Of a stretch of DNA of 62,849 nt, positions 9,390 through 17,946 are shown one piece after another. Numbering within the stretch: position 1 is the stretch's first letter; each line of letters starts with the position of its first letter. The stretch comes from an uncultured Bacilli bacterium (GTDB lineage: Bacteria > Bacillota_I > Bacilli_A > RF39 > UBA660). A program made the position numbers and the translations under genes. The notes under the pieces are model-generated. The model saw nothing but the letters and a program-made list of their open reading frames with translations. It did no database searches and was not told the DNA's origin. Location: positions 1-62,849 of the forward strand of contig CANQCI010000002.1 of assembly GCA_947589675.1 (NCBI GenBank), read 5' to 3'.

Positions 9390-10616
9390 ATGAATAGAAA
9401 GCAAAAGGGTTTTATTTTATTGATGGTAAGTTTATTTGGGATAATAACTTCCTCAGTTTTATTTGTTATTGGGTGTTTTAGTTCTTATTTAATAACAGGT
9501 TTATTACACCGAGTGGTTTTAACTTTTTTGATATTATTAACCATCTTGATGGTTGTGAGTATTGTATTAATTTATAAGGGGCGAAGAAGAAGGTTATTTA
9601 AGAAGTGGCAAATTATTTTACCAATTGTCTTAATTAGTTTATATGGCATAGGTTGTAGTTCTTTTCTATTTATTTTATATGGTCCTTTTACGGGATTTAG
9701 AGAATGGCTTATTACAACGGCGATGCGGACGATGAATCACCAATATTATTGTAAATGGTTTTATAGTGATGATATGATTAATGAAGTTTTAAATAGTAAT
9801 TATATTATTGAAGTATCTGAGGATACTAATCCAGATTTAGTAAATAAAGATAATAATGATGATAAATTATATAAAAATGATTATGAAAAAGCTATTTTAA
9901 AAAGAGATAAAGATGCTTTATATAAAATAATTCATTTTGAAGTTAATGATTGTGATGCTTATTTAGCGGCGATTTATGATGCTAGTTTAGTTAAAGTTGG
10001 GTTATCTCGTTATATTGGGGAAGCCGGGCAATATGCATCAACTATCGCTAAACGTTATAATTCTCCTTTAGCTATTAATGGAGGGGGGTTCGAAGATCCT
10101 GGACATAATAGTCGCGGAGGAAATCCTATCGGAGTAACTATTGCTGATGGAAAAGTAATTACCAATAATCCAATTTATGGAGGAACTTATGGGGTAATTG
10201 GTTTTAATAAGGATGATGTTTTAGTCTTAAGAAAAGGGGCTAGTGCTTATACTTTAGTTAATGAAGGTATTAGAGATGCGGTAACCATGGGACCATTTTT
10301 AATTGTGAATGGCAAAGCTTCCACGATGAAAGGTAATGGGGGCTGGGGTTATGCAGCAAGAACCGCGATTGGGCAAAGAGCCGATGGTATTGTTTTATTC
10401 TTAGTTGTTGATAGTAATGAACTTCGCACTAAGGGAGCATCAATGAAAGATTTAGCTGATATTATGACGAACTATGGAGCAATTAATGCGGCCAATCTTG
10501 ACGGAGGAACTTCTAGTGTTATGGCAGAACAAGGCGAAATTATTAATGATCCAATTGATTCAACTTTATCCCATAAAACAAGGGGAATCCCAACTATCTT
10601 TATGATTAAGGATTAA
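9390..10616 (+). CDS. Phosphodiester glycosidase family (DUF2233/NAGPA-like) membrane protein
   Basis: Four N-terminal TM helices. The C-terminal AINGGGF, TAIGQRADGIVLFLVVD and NLDGGTSS motifs are typical of the family. Confidence 0.75.
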   Translation: MNRKQKGFILLMVSLFGIITSSVLFVIGCFSSYLITGLLHRVVLTFLILLTILMVVSIVLIYKGRRRRLFKKWQIILPIVLISLYGIGCSSFLFILYGPFTGFREWLITTAMRTMNHQYYCKWFYSDDMINEVLNSNYIIEVSEDTNPDLVNKDNNDDKLYKNDYEKAILKRDKDALYKIIHFEVNDCDAYLAAIYDASLVKVGLSRYIGEAGQYASTIAKRYNSPLAINGGGFEDPGHNSRGGNPIGVTIADGKVITNNPIYGGTYGVIGFNKDDVLVLRKGASAYTLVNEGIRDAVTMGPFLIVNGKASTMKGNGGWGYAARTAIGQRADGIVLFLVVDSNELRTKGASMKDLADIMTNYGAINAANLDGGTSSVMAEQGEIINDPIDSTLSHKTRGIPTIFMIKD

Positions 10617-10646
10617 CGAATGATATAGAAGAAAATGAGGGATAAT

Positions 10647-10922
10647 ATGAAATCATTAAATTTAAATGTTCGTGTTGATACTCATGATAAAAAAGAATTT
10701 GAACAATTTGGTAATCGTATAGGTATGAATGCATCTACTGTTGTTAATATGTTTATAAAAGAAGTCTTAAGAAAACAAAAATTACCTTTTGAAATTAGAA
10801 CTGATACGTTTGATGAAATAGTTTATGAGAAATTAGAGGAAGCAGAATTGGAAATGACTAGTAATACTCAAAGATATTCTAAAGAAGAGGTTTTAAAAAG
10901 TATGAATGATATTATAGGATAA
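10647..10922 (+). CDS. RelB/DinJ-family antitoxin, orphan (no cognate toxin ORF)
   Basis: LNVRVDTHDKKEFEQFGNRIGMNASTVVNMFIKEVLRKQKLPFE is a ribbon-helix-helix DinJ pattern. SD gaggg is 5 nt upstream of the ATG at 10647. Confidence 0.8.
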   Translation: MKSLNLNVRVDTHDKKEFEQFGNRIGMNASTVVNMFIKEVLRKQKLPFEIRTDTFDEIVYEKLEEAELEMTSNTQRYSKEEVLKSMNDIIG

Positions 10923-10982
10923 GTATATGGTGATTAGAGTACTATTGCTTATTTTCTTATAAGAAAGTAATACTTGATGGTT

Positions 10983-11006
10983 AAAAGGAACTTTTGGTTC
11001 CTTTTT
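10983..11006 (+). terminator. Rho-independent terminator
   Basis: aaaaggaac/gttcctttt stem, 5-nt loop and a T-run. Confidence 0.75.
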
Positions 11007-11140
11007 ATTAAAAAAACGTCTTAGAATTTAGAAATATATGGAAATTTATGGGGCAACGGCGGCATAATCGGGGAATGAGGTAACTACTCAGGGGTATTGC
11101 ATTTTGCCAATGGATAGTGTATATTACTTATTGAGATGTG

Positions 11141-11172
11141 CCTAGGAAACTTTAGAAGCCCTAGGTCTTTTT
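11141..11172 (+). terminator. Terminator-like hairpin upstream of the pyk promoter
   Basis: cctagg ... cctagg 6-bp stem with a 13-nt loop, then tcttttt. It closes a locally GC-richer non-coding stretch of about 130 nt (11040-11140). Confidence 0.35.
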
Positions 11173-11243
11173 CATTTTTCAGGATTTTTGAATTGCTTCT
11201 AGAAACGTTTGATTTTACTTTGCCACTTGGCTTTTATTTTGTA

Positions 11244-11273
11244 TTTACAAAAGCAAAAAGGGTTTGATATAAT
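11244..11273 (+). promoter_or_regulatory. SigA-type promoter of pyk (TTTACA-18-TGaTATAAT)
   Basis: -35 at 11244-11249 and extended -10 at 11265-11273, 23 nt upstream of the ATG at 11296. Confidence 0.6.
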
Positions 11274-11295
11274 TATGGCTTGGAGGTTAAGAGAT

Positions 11296-12714
11296 ATGTT
11301 AAGAAAAACAAAAATTGTTTGTACTATAGGTCCGGCATCAGAAAGTGAAGAAGTATTAAGAGAAATGATGCTAAATGGGATGAATGTTGCTCGCATTAAT
11401 TTTTCCCATGGGACATGGGATGAACAAAAACCAAAAGTGGATTTAATTAAAAAATTACGGGAAGAATTAAATTTGCCGGTGGCAATATTATTGGATACAA
11501 AAGGTCCAGAAATAAGATTAGGTAAATTTTCAGATAAAATTTTATTAGAAGAAGGAAGTATTTTTACTTTAAAACATGATGATGTTTTAGGAAATAATAA
11601 GGAAGCTAGTATATCTTATAAAGAATTATATCAAGATGTTCATATTGGTTCGACTATTTTATTTGATGATGGTTTAATAAAATTAGAAGTAGTAAAATTA
11701 GAAGATAAAGATATTGTATGTAAGGTTGTAAATAGTGCTTATATTTCTAGTAATAAAAGTGTTAATGTTCCCGATGTTAACCTAAATTTACCAAGTTTAA
11801 CACAAAAAGATTTAGATGATATCAATGGAGCTATTATTAATGATATAGATTATATTGCGGCTTCTTTTGTCCGGCGGCAAAGTGATGTATTAGCAATTAG
11901 AAAAATTTTAGATGACCATGATTCACATATTAAAATAATATCTAAAATTGAAAATAAAGAAGGTATTGATAACTTTGAAGAAATCCTTGCGGTTAGTGAT
12001 GGAATTATGGTCGCTCGCGGTGATTTAGGGGTGGAAATTCCTTATTCTGAGGTACCAATTGTTCAAAAAGAAATAATTAAAAAGACTTATGTTCATGGCA
12101 AATTAGTTATCACGGCAACCCAAATGATGGAATCAATGATTACTAATCCTAATCCCACGAGAGCTGAGGTTAGTGATGTTGCTAATGCAATCTTTGATGG
12201 CACCAGTGCTATTATGTTAAGTGGAGAAACAGCTATGGGTAAATATCCTGTTGAATGTATAAAAAGAATGGCTAAGATTGCTGTTGATGTGGAAAATTCT
12301 ATTGATTATTGGAAACGTTTCCGGCAAAGAGAAATTCCAAAAGATAATTTTGAATTTGTCATCAATCATGCTTTACTTACCCCGGCGGATGATTTAAATG
12401 TTCAAGCGATATTTGCTTATACTAAAACTAGTGATACTCCAAGAATATTAGCAAGTATGCGTCCTAATTGTCCGATTTTTGTTTCAACTAGTAATAAAAA
12501 AGTATTTTATCAATTATCTTTAGTTTGGGGAATAAATATGCGTTTTGTGGAACATGAAACTGAACCTAAAAAAATGATTATGGAAGATATTGCTAAGCGA
12601 GTCGAAAGTAATGATATTAAAAAAGGTGATATTATTTTAATTGCCGGGGGAAAATATATTACTGATGATGAAAGAGAAATGAATAAGAATGTGGGAGGAA
12701 TTTATCAAGTATAG
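11296..12714 (+). CDS. pyk: Pyruvate kinase
   Basis: MLRKTKIVCTIGPAS, MNVARINFSHG and MVARGDLGVEIP motifs. SD ggagg is 8 nt upstream of the ATG at 11296. The longer ORF-track start at 11209 lies upstream of the promoter. Confidence 0.96.
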   Translation: MLRKTKIVCTIGPASESEEVLREMMLNGMNVARINFSHGTWDEQKPKVDLIKKLREELNLPVAILLDTKGPEIRLGKFSDKILLEEGSIFTLKHDDVLGNNKEASISYKELYQDVHIGSTILFDDGLIKLEVVKLEDKDIVCKVVNSAYISSNKSVNVPDVNLNLPSLTQKDLDDINGAIINDIDYIAASFVRRQSDVLAIRKILDDHDSHIKIISKIENKEGIDNFEEILAVSDGIMVARGDLGVEIPYSEVPIVQKEIIKKTYVHGKLVITATQMMESMITNPNPTRAEVSDVANAIFDGTSAIMLSGETAMGKYPVECIKRMAKIAVDVENSIDYWKRFRQREIPKDNFEFVINHALLTPADDLNVQAIFAYTKTSDTPRILASMRPNCPIFVSTSNKKVFYQLSLVWGINMRFVEHETEPKKMIMEDIAKRVESNDIKKGDIILIAGGKYITDDEREMNKNVGGIYQV

Positions 12715-12726
12715 ATTCTTTTAAAG

Positions 12727-12760
12727 AAAAAACAGATTTTTGGTAAAACCTGTTTTTCTT
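12727..12760. terminator. Bidirectional terminator between convergent pyk and the transglutaminase-like gene
   Basis: aaaaacag/ctgttttt outer stem with an inner tttt/aaaa extension. T-runs follow on both strands. Confidence 0.7.
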
Positions 12761-12769
12761 TGGAATAAA

Positions 12770-13720
12770 TTAAGCAAACTCTAAATAATAAATAGGATTA
12801 AAATTATGTTCTTCAATGGCTGTTCCTGTTTTATCAGCTTGATGCATCGCTTTAGTTGTCACTAGAAAATAATTGTGAGTTAAATAATCTTTGCCATCAC
12901 TACTCACGGGATCATCCCAAGTTAAATCTAAGTGAAGCCATTGATTATTGATATAAACTGCATTCCAAATATGACCTGCTGATGAGGAATCATTTAATCT
13001 ATCGGGGGTAGTAGCAATCTTATAATTATTGATGTTTAATCTTGCAAGTACTATTGCCATCAGATCAGTATAGCCATTACATGTAGCTAAGCCTTCATAT
13101 AAAGGTCCATAGGCAATATAGGAATTATGGGCAGTGTTAGTCCCTTGATTTCTTTCGACATCATATTTAGTATTATTAATAATATAATCATGAACAGCTT
13201 TTATTTTATCATAATCACTCATTCCATTTTTAATTGTCTTTGTAAGTAAATCATCAACCCCAAGGTTAATAGCATTAATCTCGCTTCTAGTATAAAGATA
13301 AGTAACTTTTACGGTTACTTGTCCTGAATCTTGCATTAAAGTTTGAACATTAGTAAAACTATTAAAAGGATGAACATAATTATTTAAATGAGTGAGTACT
13401 AACTCATCGCCACTTATTTTTTCCGCATCTACTAAACAACTAGTATATTCAGGAGGGCAATAAAAAGTAAAAGTCTTCCAACCATTATTAATTACACTAT
13501 AATATATATCAAGTAAATCTTGATAAGAATAAGGAATATAGTCTTTAGATAAACCGACATATTTATAACTAATGTTTTTTGTATATTCATTGCTAGGTAA
13601 AATAACTACTTCATTATTTTTACTAAAAAAACTACTTAATTTATCAGTAATAGGATCTAAATAATAAATAACACTTCCTATAATGACTATACATAAAAAC
13701 CCAACAAGAATATCTTTCAT
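12770..13720 (-). CDS. Membrane-anchored transglutaminase-like (Cys-His-Asp core) protein
   Basis: CNGYTDLMAIVLARL ... GHIWNAVYINNQWLHLDLTWDD is the transglutaminase-core pattern. N-terminal TM helix. ATG at 13720 has ggtga upstream. An alternative in-frame TTG at 13768 lies 3 nt after the rpsT stop. Confidence 0.75.
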   Translation of the reverse strand: MKDILVGFLCIVIIGSVIYYLDPITDKLSSFFSKNNEVVILPSNEYTKNISYKYVGLSKDYIPYSYQDLLDIYYSVINNGWKTFTFYCPPEYTSCLVDAEKISGDELVLTHLNNYVHPFNSFTNVQTLMQDSGQVTVKVTYLYTRSEINAINLGVDDLLTKTIKNGMSDYDKIKAVHDYIINNTKYDVERNQGTNTAHNSYIAYGPLYEGLATCNGYTDLMAIVLARLNINNYKIATTPDRLNDSSSAGHIWNAVYINNQWLHLDLTWDDPVSSDGKDYLTHNYFLVTTKAMHQADKTGTAIEEHNFNPIYYLEFA

Positions 13721-13771
13721 GTAATTAATCACCATCCCTATAATATCAAAAAAAAATAAAGTAAACAATTG

Positions 13772-14035
13772 TTACTTCATATTTTTTACTTTTTGTGTCA
13801 ATCTTGATTTTTCACGATTAACTGTATTCTTTTTCATTAAACCTTTACTAACAGCTTTATCCGCAAACTTTTGTACTTCTTTTAATTTAATATTTGCTTC
13901 TTCTTTGTTATTAGCAGCTATAGCTTTATCACAGTTCTTAATTAAGTTTTGAACTCGCATTTTTAGTTCATGATTATTATCAGTTTTTTTCGCAATAACC
14001 TTAACCGCTTTTTTAGAACTTTTAATATTTGGCAT
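13772..14035 (-). CDS. rpsT: 30S ribosomal protein S20
   Basis: MPNIKSSKKAVKV...NREKSRLTQKVK, a typical 87-aa S20. Confidence 0.95.
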   Translation of the reverse strand: MPNIKSSKKAVKVIAKKTDNNHELKMRVQNLIKNCDKAIAANNKEEANIKLKEVQKFADKAVSKGLMKKNTVNREKSRLTQKVKNMK

Positions 14036-14097
14036 AATCTAGCTCCTTTCTCTTAACGTTATTAATTTTAGCAAATATTCCTTAATTTAGCAAGTAT

Positions 14098-14289
14098 TTA
14101 TCGCATTTTGTTTGGGGATTTTTCTTGATTATCCTTGGCATCCTCATTTAACTTTTGAATCCAATACCGGATATTGGGGGCACTAATGCCAAAAAGTCTG
14201 GCTACTTCCGCAGGCTTTTGCCCGTTTTTAACGTGAGAAATAACAATTTTTTTAAATTCATCATCATATTTTTTATAAGCACAACCCAT
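14098..14289 (-). CDS. Small HTH protein resembling IS3-family OrfA (orphan, no OrfB)
   Basis: YDDEFKKIVISHVKNGQKPAEVARLFGISAPNIRYWIQK is an IS3/IS150 OrfA-like HTH. No transposase catalytic ORF or inverted repeats nearby. Confidence 0.5.
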   Translation of the reverse strand: MGCAYKKYDDEFKKIVISHVKNGQKPAEVARLFGISAPNIRYWIQKLNEDAKDNQEKSPNKMR

Positions 14290-14427
14290 ACTACTAACTC
14301 CATTCTAAATAAATTGTATCATGTCTTTATATATGTTTAAAGATTTAATGCTAAATAAATGTAATATTCTTATCTTTTTCGACAAAGTATTTATTTTTTT
14401 TGTTGTAATATAATTTTAGTGATAATT

Positions 14428-15417
14428 ATGAGAAAAAGATTTAAGGGAAGACATCATAAAACAGGAAGTAATATATTTAAATTAATAATACTTATATTAA
14501 TAATTATATTATCTTTTATTATAACTTTTAAATTTTTATTTAATAAATTAAATAAAAGTATAAATTTAAATCAAGAGAAATACTTAAATTATTTAGTAAA
14601 TGATGCTTTTGGTCGTTATAAGTTAGAAGATTTAAAAATTTTATCTAGTACCGATTTTTTACTTAAGTATTCCTTTGGTTTAAATAAAATTAATACTGGT
14701 TTAGTAGAAAAAGAAGTGGAGTTACCTCAAGATAAAATTGAAGTAGTTCCGAGTGAACAAATAGAAGAACCAGTTATTAATACTGATCCAATAATATATA
14801 TTTTTAATTCACATCAAACAGAGGAATATAAAAGTTCTTTTTTAGAAAATTTTAATATTAATAATACGGTTTTATTAGCTTCTTATATTTTAAAAGAATA
14901 TTTAGCCGATTTAAATTTATATTCAATTGTTGAAGAAAATAGTATTGTGGATGTTTTAAATGCTAATGGTTGGAAATATGGTTCTAGTTATAAAGCTAGT
15001 CGAATTTTATTAGAAGAAGCTAGTAAAAATAATCCAAGTCTTAAGTATTTTATTGATCTTCATCGGGATTCAGCTAGTTATGAGAGGACAACCCTCGATA
15101 TTGAGGGGGTTAAGTATGCCAAGGTTTTATTTGTAATTGGACTTAAGAATGAAAACTATGAAAAGAATTTAGCGATGGCAACGGCCATCGATACTAAATT
15201 AAAAGAATATAATCCAAGTATCTCTAGAGGTATTATTAAAAAAGAGGGTAAAGGAGTAAATGGGATTTATAACCAGGATTTTAATGAGAATACCATTTTA
15301 ATAGAAGTCGGGGGACAATATAATAGTATTGAAGAAGTTAATAATACCTTAAAAGTTTTAGCTAATATTATTTATACTTATATAGGAGAAAGAGAAAATG
15401 CCGAGAAAGAAAAATAA
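14428..15417 (+). CDS. spoIIP: Stage II sporulation protein P
   Basis: IYIFNSHQTEEY, IDLHRDS, VLFVIG and ILIEVGGQYNSIEE motifs. N-terminal TM helix. Sits in the rpsT-...-spoIIP-...-lepA neighbourhood as in Bacillus. In-frame GTG at 14419 is an alternative start. Confidence 0.8.
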   Translation: MRKRFKGRHHKTGSNIFKLIILILIIILSFIITFKFLFNKLNKSINLNQEKYLNYLVNDAFGRYKLEDLKILSSTDFLLKYSFGLNKINTGLVEKEVELPQDKIEVVPSEQIEEPVINTDPIIYIFNSHQTEEYKSSFLENFNINNTVLLASYILKEYLADLNLYSIVEENSIVDVLNANGWKYGSSYKASRILLEEASKNNPSLKYFIDLHRDSASYERTTLDIEGVKYAKVLFVIGLKNENYEKNLAMATAIDTKLKEYNPSISRGIIKKEGKGVNGIYNQDFNENTILIEVGGQYNSIEEVNNTLKVLANIIYTYIGERENAEKEK

Positions 15418-15721
15418 TTTATTTGTAAGAATTATTATGGTTTTATTTGTAGTATTTTTGGGGCTTTTTATCGCTGCCAAAAGTGGCTATTATGAAACAC
15501 GTTTAAATAAACAAGTAGTTTTAACTAGTGAAGCTATTAAACAATTTGAAAGTGATGTTCAAAATGGGAAAAAAGTTGATATAAATAATTATATTACCAA
15601 AGATACCAAAGATTATACCAATTCCTTTACAAGGGCAGGGGAAAAGCTTGCCAAAGCTTGTGAAAAACTTTTAACGGGAGGAATAACCAATATTTGGGAA
15701 TTTTTTAAAGTTTTATTTTAG
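15398..15721 (+). CDS. Small membrane protein, YqxA-like by size and position
   Basis: 107 aa with one TM helix. Overlaps the spoIIP 3' end by 20 nt. Occupies the yqxA position of B. subtilis. Sequence similarity was not verified. Confidence 0.5.
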   Translation: MPRKKNNLFVRIIMVLFVVFLGLFIAAKSGYYETRLNKQVVLTSEAIKQFESDVQNGKKVDINNYITKDTKDYTNSFTRAGEKLAKACEKLLTGGITNIWEFFKVLF

Positions 15722-15759
15722 AAAGCTTTTTTTGTTGATGTTAAGAAACCGAAAAAATA

Positions 15760-15788
15760 TTGTAATTACATTTTAATTGGTGTAAAAT
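15760..15788 (+). promoter_or_regulatory. SigA-type promoter (TTGTAA-17-TAAAAT) ahead of the first cluster (A1-B1-B2)
   Basis: -35 at 15760-15765 and -10 at 15783-15788, about 60 nt upstream of the ATG at 15847. Confidence 0.5.
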
Positions 15789-15846
15789 TAATATTGAGAA
15801 TAACATCAAAAATAGTTTGGACTTTTGTTTTGATTGGAGATTTTTT

Positions 15847-17925
15847 ATGAAGAATAAAAAGAGATTTGTAGTTTTAGCTCTCGTGGCATTGCTTATTACC
15901 GTGATTGGTGCCACTTATGCTTACTTTGCTGCTCAAAGAGGGACTGGTGGTAGTGCTAATATCAATGTGGAAGCAGGAACCACCGACTCACTAACATTTA
16001 CGAAAGGAAATCCTATTACCATTGATGCGAATAGTGATAACTTTAAAAGTGGAGCCCCAAACCAATCAGGGGATACCACAGTGTCAGCCCACTTGGTAGC
16101 GAACAATGGTAATTATACGGCACTTGAAACTTATAATGTATATTTAAATTTAATTGATAATCCATTTGTTTATACAAGAGAAAATAGTCCAGAGTTAATA
16201 TTACAAGTAACAGATCCTGAGGGCAATCCTTTAGAAACTTTAGAAGATAAATCAATAAAACATGTCTCAATAACAGGTGTTGATGATGAAGAAGATCCTC
16301 TTGTAGGATTTGATATAACAACAGCCACAGGCTTAATTCCCATTAAATTAAATGAACCAATAGAAGCTAATCCAAGTGAAGATGATGCAACTAATGGTAA
16401 AGCAGATGAAGAATGGCAAATTAAAATAATTTTAATCAATCGTGACTATGACCAACAAGTAAATACAGGAAAAACTTTTAGTGCTCAAGCTGTTATAACT
16501 CATGAGGCATTACCAAATATTAAAGTTGAAACAGCAAATATTACTAATAACAGTATGAAGGTAATAGCAACTATTTCTGATTATGAGGATACGATTGATA
16601 AAGTGGAATTTAAAATTAACGATGAAGTAGATAATGGCTGGCATCAAGCGGATAATGATAGTGAAAATGTTTATAGTTATACATTTAATAATTTAACTCA
16701 AGATAAAAAATATGAAGTAAGTACGAAGATAAGCTTTGCTGATTCAGAAGTATTAAAAGTAATCGATGAAAGTATTACTTCAAAGAAAACATTAGCAGAT
16801 GCCTGTCCAAATGGCGGTAATTTAGCTGATTGTGTGATTGGTTTATATAATAAAAATAGTAATTATGAAGATACCAAATTATATTATCATGATAATAATT
16901 TGGTTGATGGAGCCAATGATTTATCGTATCGGTATACTGGGGGAGATTATACATTAACTAAAACAGCGACTGATGATGGGTATAATTCTATAAATGATTT
17001 GATTAAATTAGATTGTGGTGAAACGGTCAAACCAAATGCTAATGATTATTGTTCATCTGGGGCAAAATATACGTTAAATTATAAAAAAGAATTAGATAAT
17101 TTAATAACATTAAAGCAAACTTTAAGCCAAGCGTTAACAGATGGTTATATTACTGACAATAATGTTAAAAATTTTGTTTGTTTTGGCGGAGAATGCAACA
17201 ACAAAGATAATTTATATCGAATAATTGGTGCTTTTAATGTGAATGGAGAATACCGAGTAAAATTAGTAAAAGCCGATGTAGCAGATAAAAATTTACTTGG
17301 TGATACGGGGAATTATATAAGCCAAGGTTTTAGTTCATCTTATAATACTTACGTAGGAAACCACGATGAATGGTCAAGGTATACTTGGGATAAAAATGGT
17401 CAAAATGTTTGGAGTGAAAGTGAGCTTAATACATATAACTTAAATGATTATTATTTATCTAAGATAGGTACTTGGACAAGTAAAATAGCTGATACTAATT
17501 GGCAAGTAGGAGGTATGAGTACTAACGTAGGTTATGGACAGACTGTTCATGATGCTTACGAAAATGAATTGGGAACGTTAAATGCTTCCCTAACTTATCC
17601 GGCAAAAATAGGTTTGATGTATGTAAGCGATTATTACTATGGTGCTACGCAAGAACTTTGGAGTTTGCCTGGATATATTTCATCTTTAGTAGATTACCGA
17701 AAAGCTGCTTGGGATAACTGGGCATGGATTGGCGTTGATATGTGGTTTATTACTCCAAGTACAAACAATAATGCTAATGCATTTTATTCTCCAACATATG
17801 GTTATGTTTATGCACTTTCAACGACTAGTGCTTATGTTGCAGTACGACCAAGTTTTTACCTAAATAGTAATGTAAATTATATATCAGGGACAGGAACAGA
17901 AAGTGACCCAATTATAATAAATTAA
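15847..17925 (+). CDS. Family paralog A1 (type A): SipW-type signal and N-module, Ig/FN3-like middle module, Cys-rich linker, DUF6273-like C-terminal domain
   Basis: ATG at 15847 with ggaga 6 nt upstream. MKNKKRFVVLALVALLITVIGATYAYFAAQRGTGGSANINVEAGTTDSLTF. The C-terminal motifs NLYRIIGAF, AKIGLMYVSDYYYGA, WFITP, AVRPSFYLNSNV and GTGTESDPIIIN are shared with 9 other genes. Confidence 0.9.
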   Translation: MKNKKRFVVLALVALLITVIGATYAYFAAQRGTGGSANINVEAGTTDSLTFTKGNPITIDANSDNFKSGAPNQSGDTTVSAHLVANNGNYTALETYNVYLNLIDNPFVYTRENSPELILQVTDPEGNPLETLEDKSIKHVSITGVDDEEDPLVGFDITTATGLIPIKLNEPIEANPSEDDATNGKADEEWQIKIILINRDYDQQVNTGKTFSAQAVITHEALPNIKVETANITNNSMKVIATISDYEDTIDKVEFKINDEVDNGWHQADNDSENVYSYTFNNLTQDKKYEVSTKISFADSEVLKVIDESITSKKTLADACPNGGNLADCVIGLYNKNSNYEDTKLYYHDNNLVDGANDLSYRYTGGDYTLTKTATDDGYNSINDLIKLDCGETVKPNANDYCSSGAKYTLNYKKELDNLITLKQTLSQALTDGYITDNNVKNFVCFGGECNNKDNLYRIIGAFNVNGEYRVKLVKADVADKNLLGDTGNYISQGFSSSYNTYVGNHDEWSRYTWDKNGQNVWSESELNTYNLNDYYLSKIGTWTSKIADTNWQVGGMSTNVGYGQTVHDAYENELGTLNASLTYPAKIGLMYVSDYYYGATQELWSLPGYISSLVDYRKAAWDNWAWIGVDMWFITPSTNNNANAFYSPTYGYVYALSTTSAYVAVRPSFYLNSNVNYISGTGTESDPIIIN

Positions 17926-17946
17926 AAAAGGAGATGGTGGTGAAGA

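Noticed and set aside
10927-10962. The 11-codon ORF after the orphan antitoxin as a truncated toxin
   Set aside because: MVIRVLLLIFL* has no resemblance to the YafQ/RelE N-termini seen at 51320 and is too short to judge. It is mentioned only as context in the finding.
11199-11396. Minus-strand ORF 11199-11396 and the long pyk start at 11209
   Set aside because: The pyk N-terminus MLRKTKIVCTIGPAS begins at 11296 behind a GGAGG SD and a good promoter at 11244-11273. The extra 29 codons and the antisense ORF cover promoter DNA.
14155-14340. ORF 14155-14340 (+)
   Set aside because: It is antisense to the HTH ORF at 14098-14289, has low-complexity F/I/N composition and no SD.
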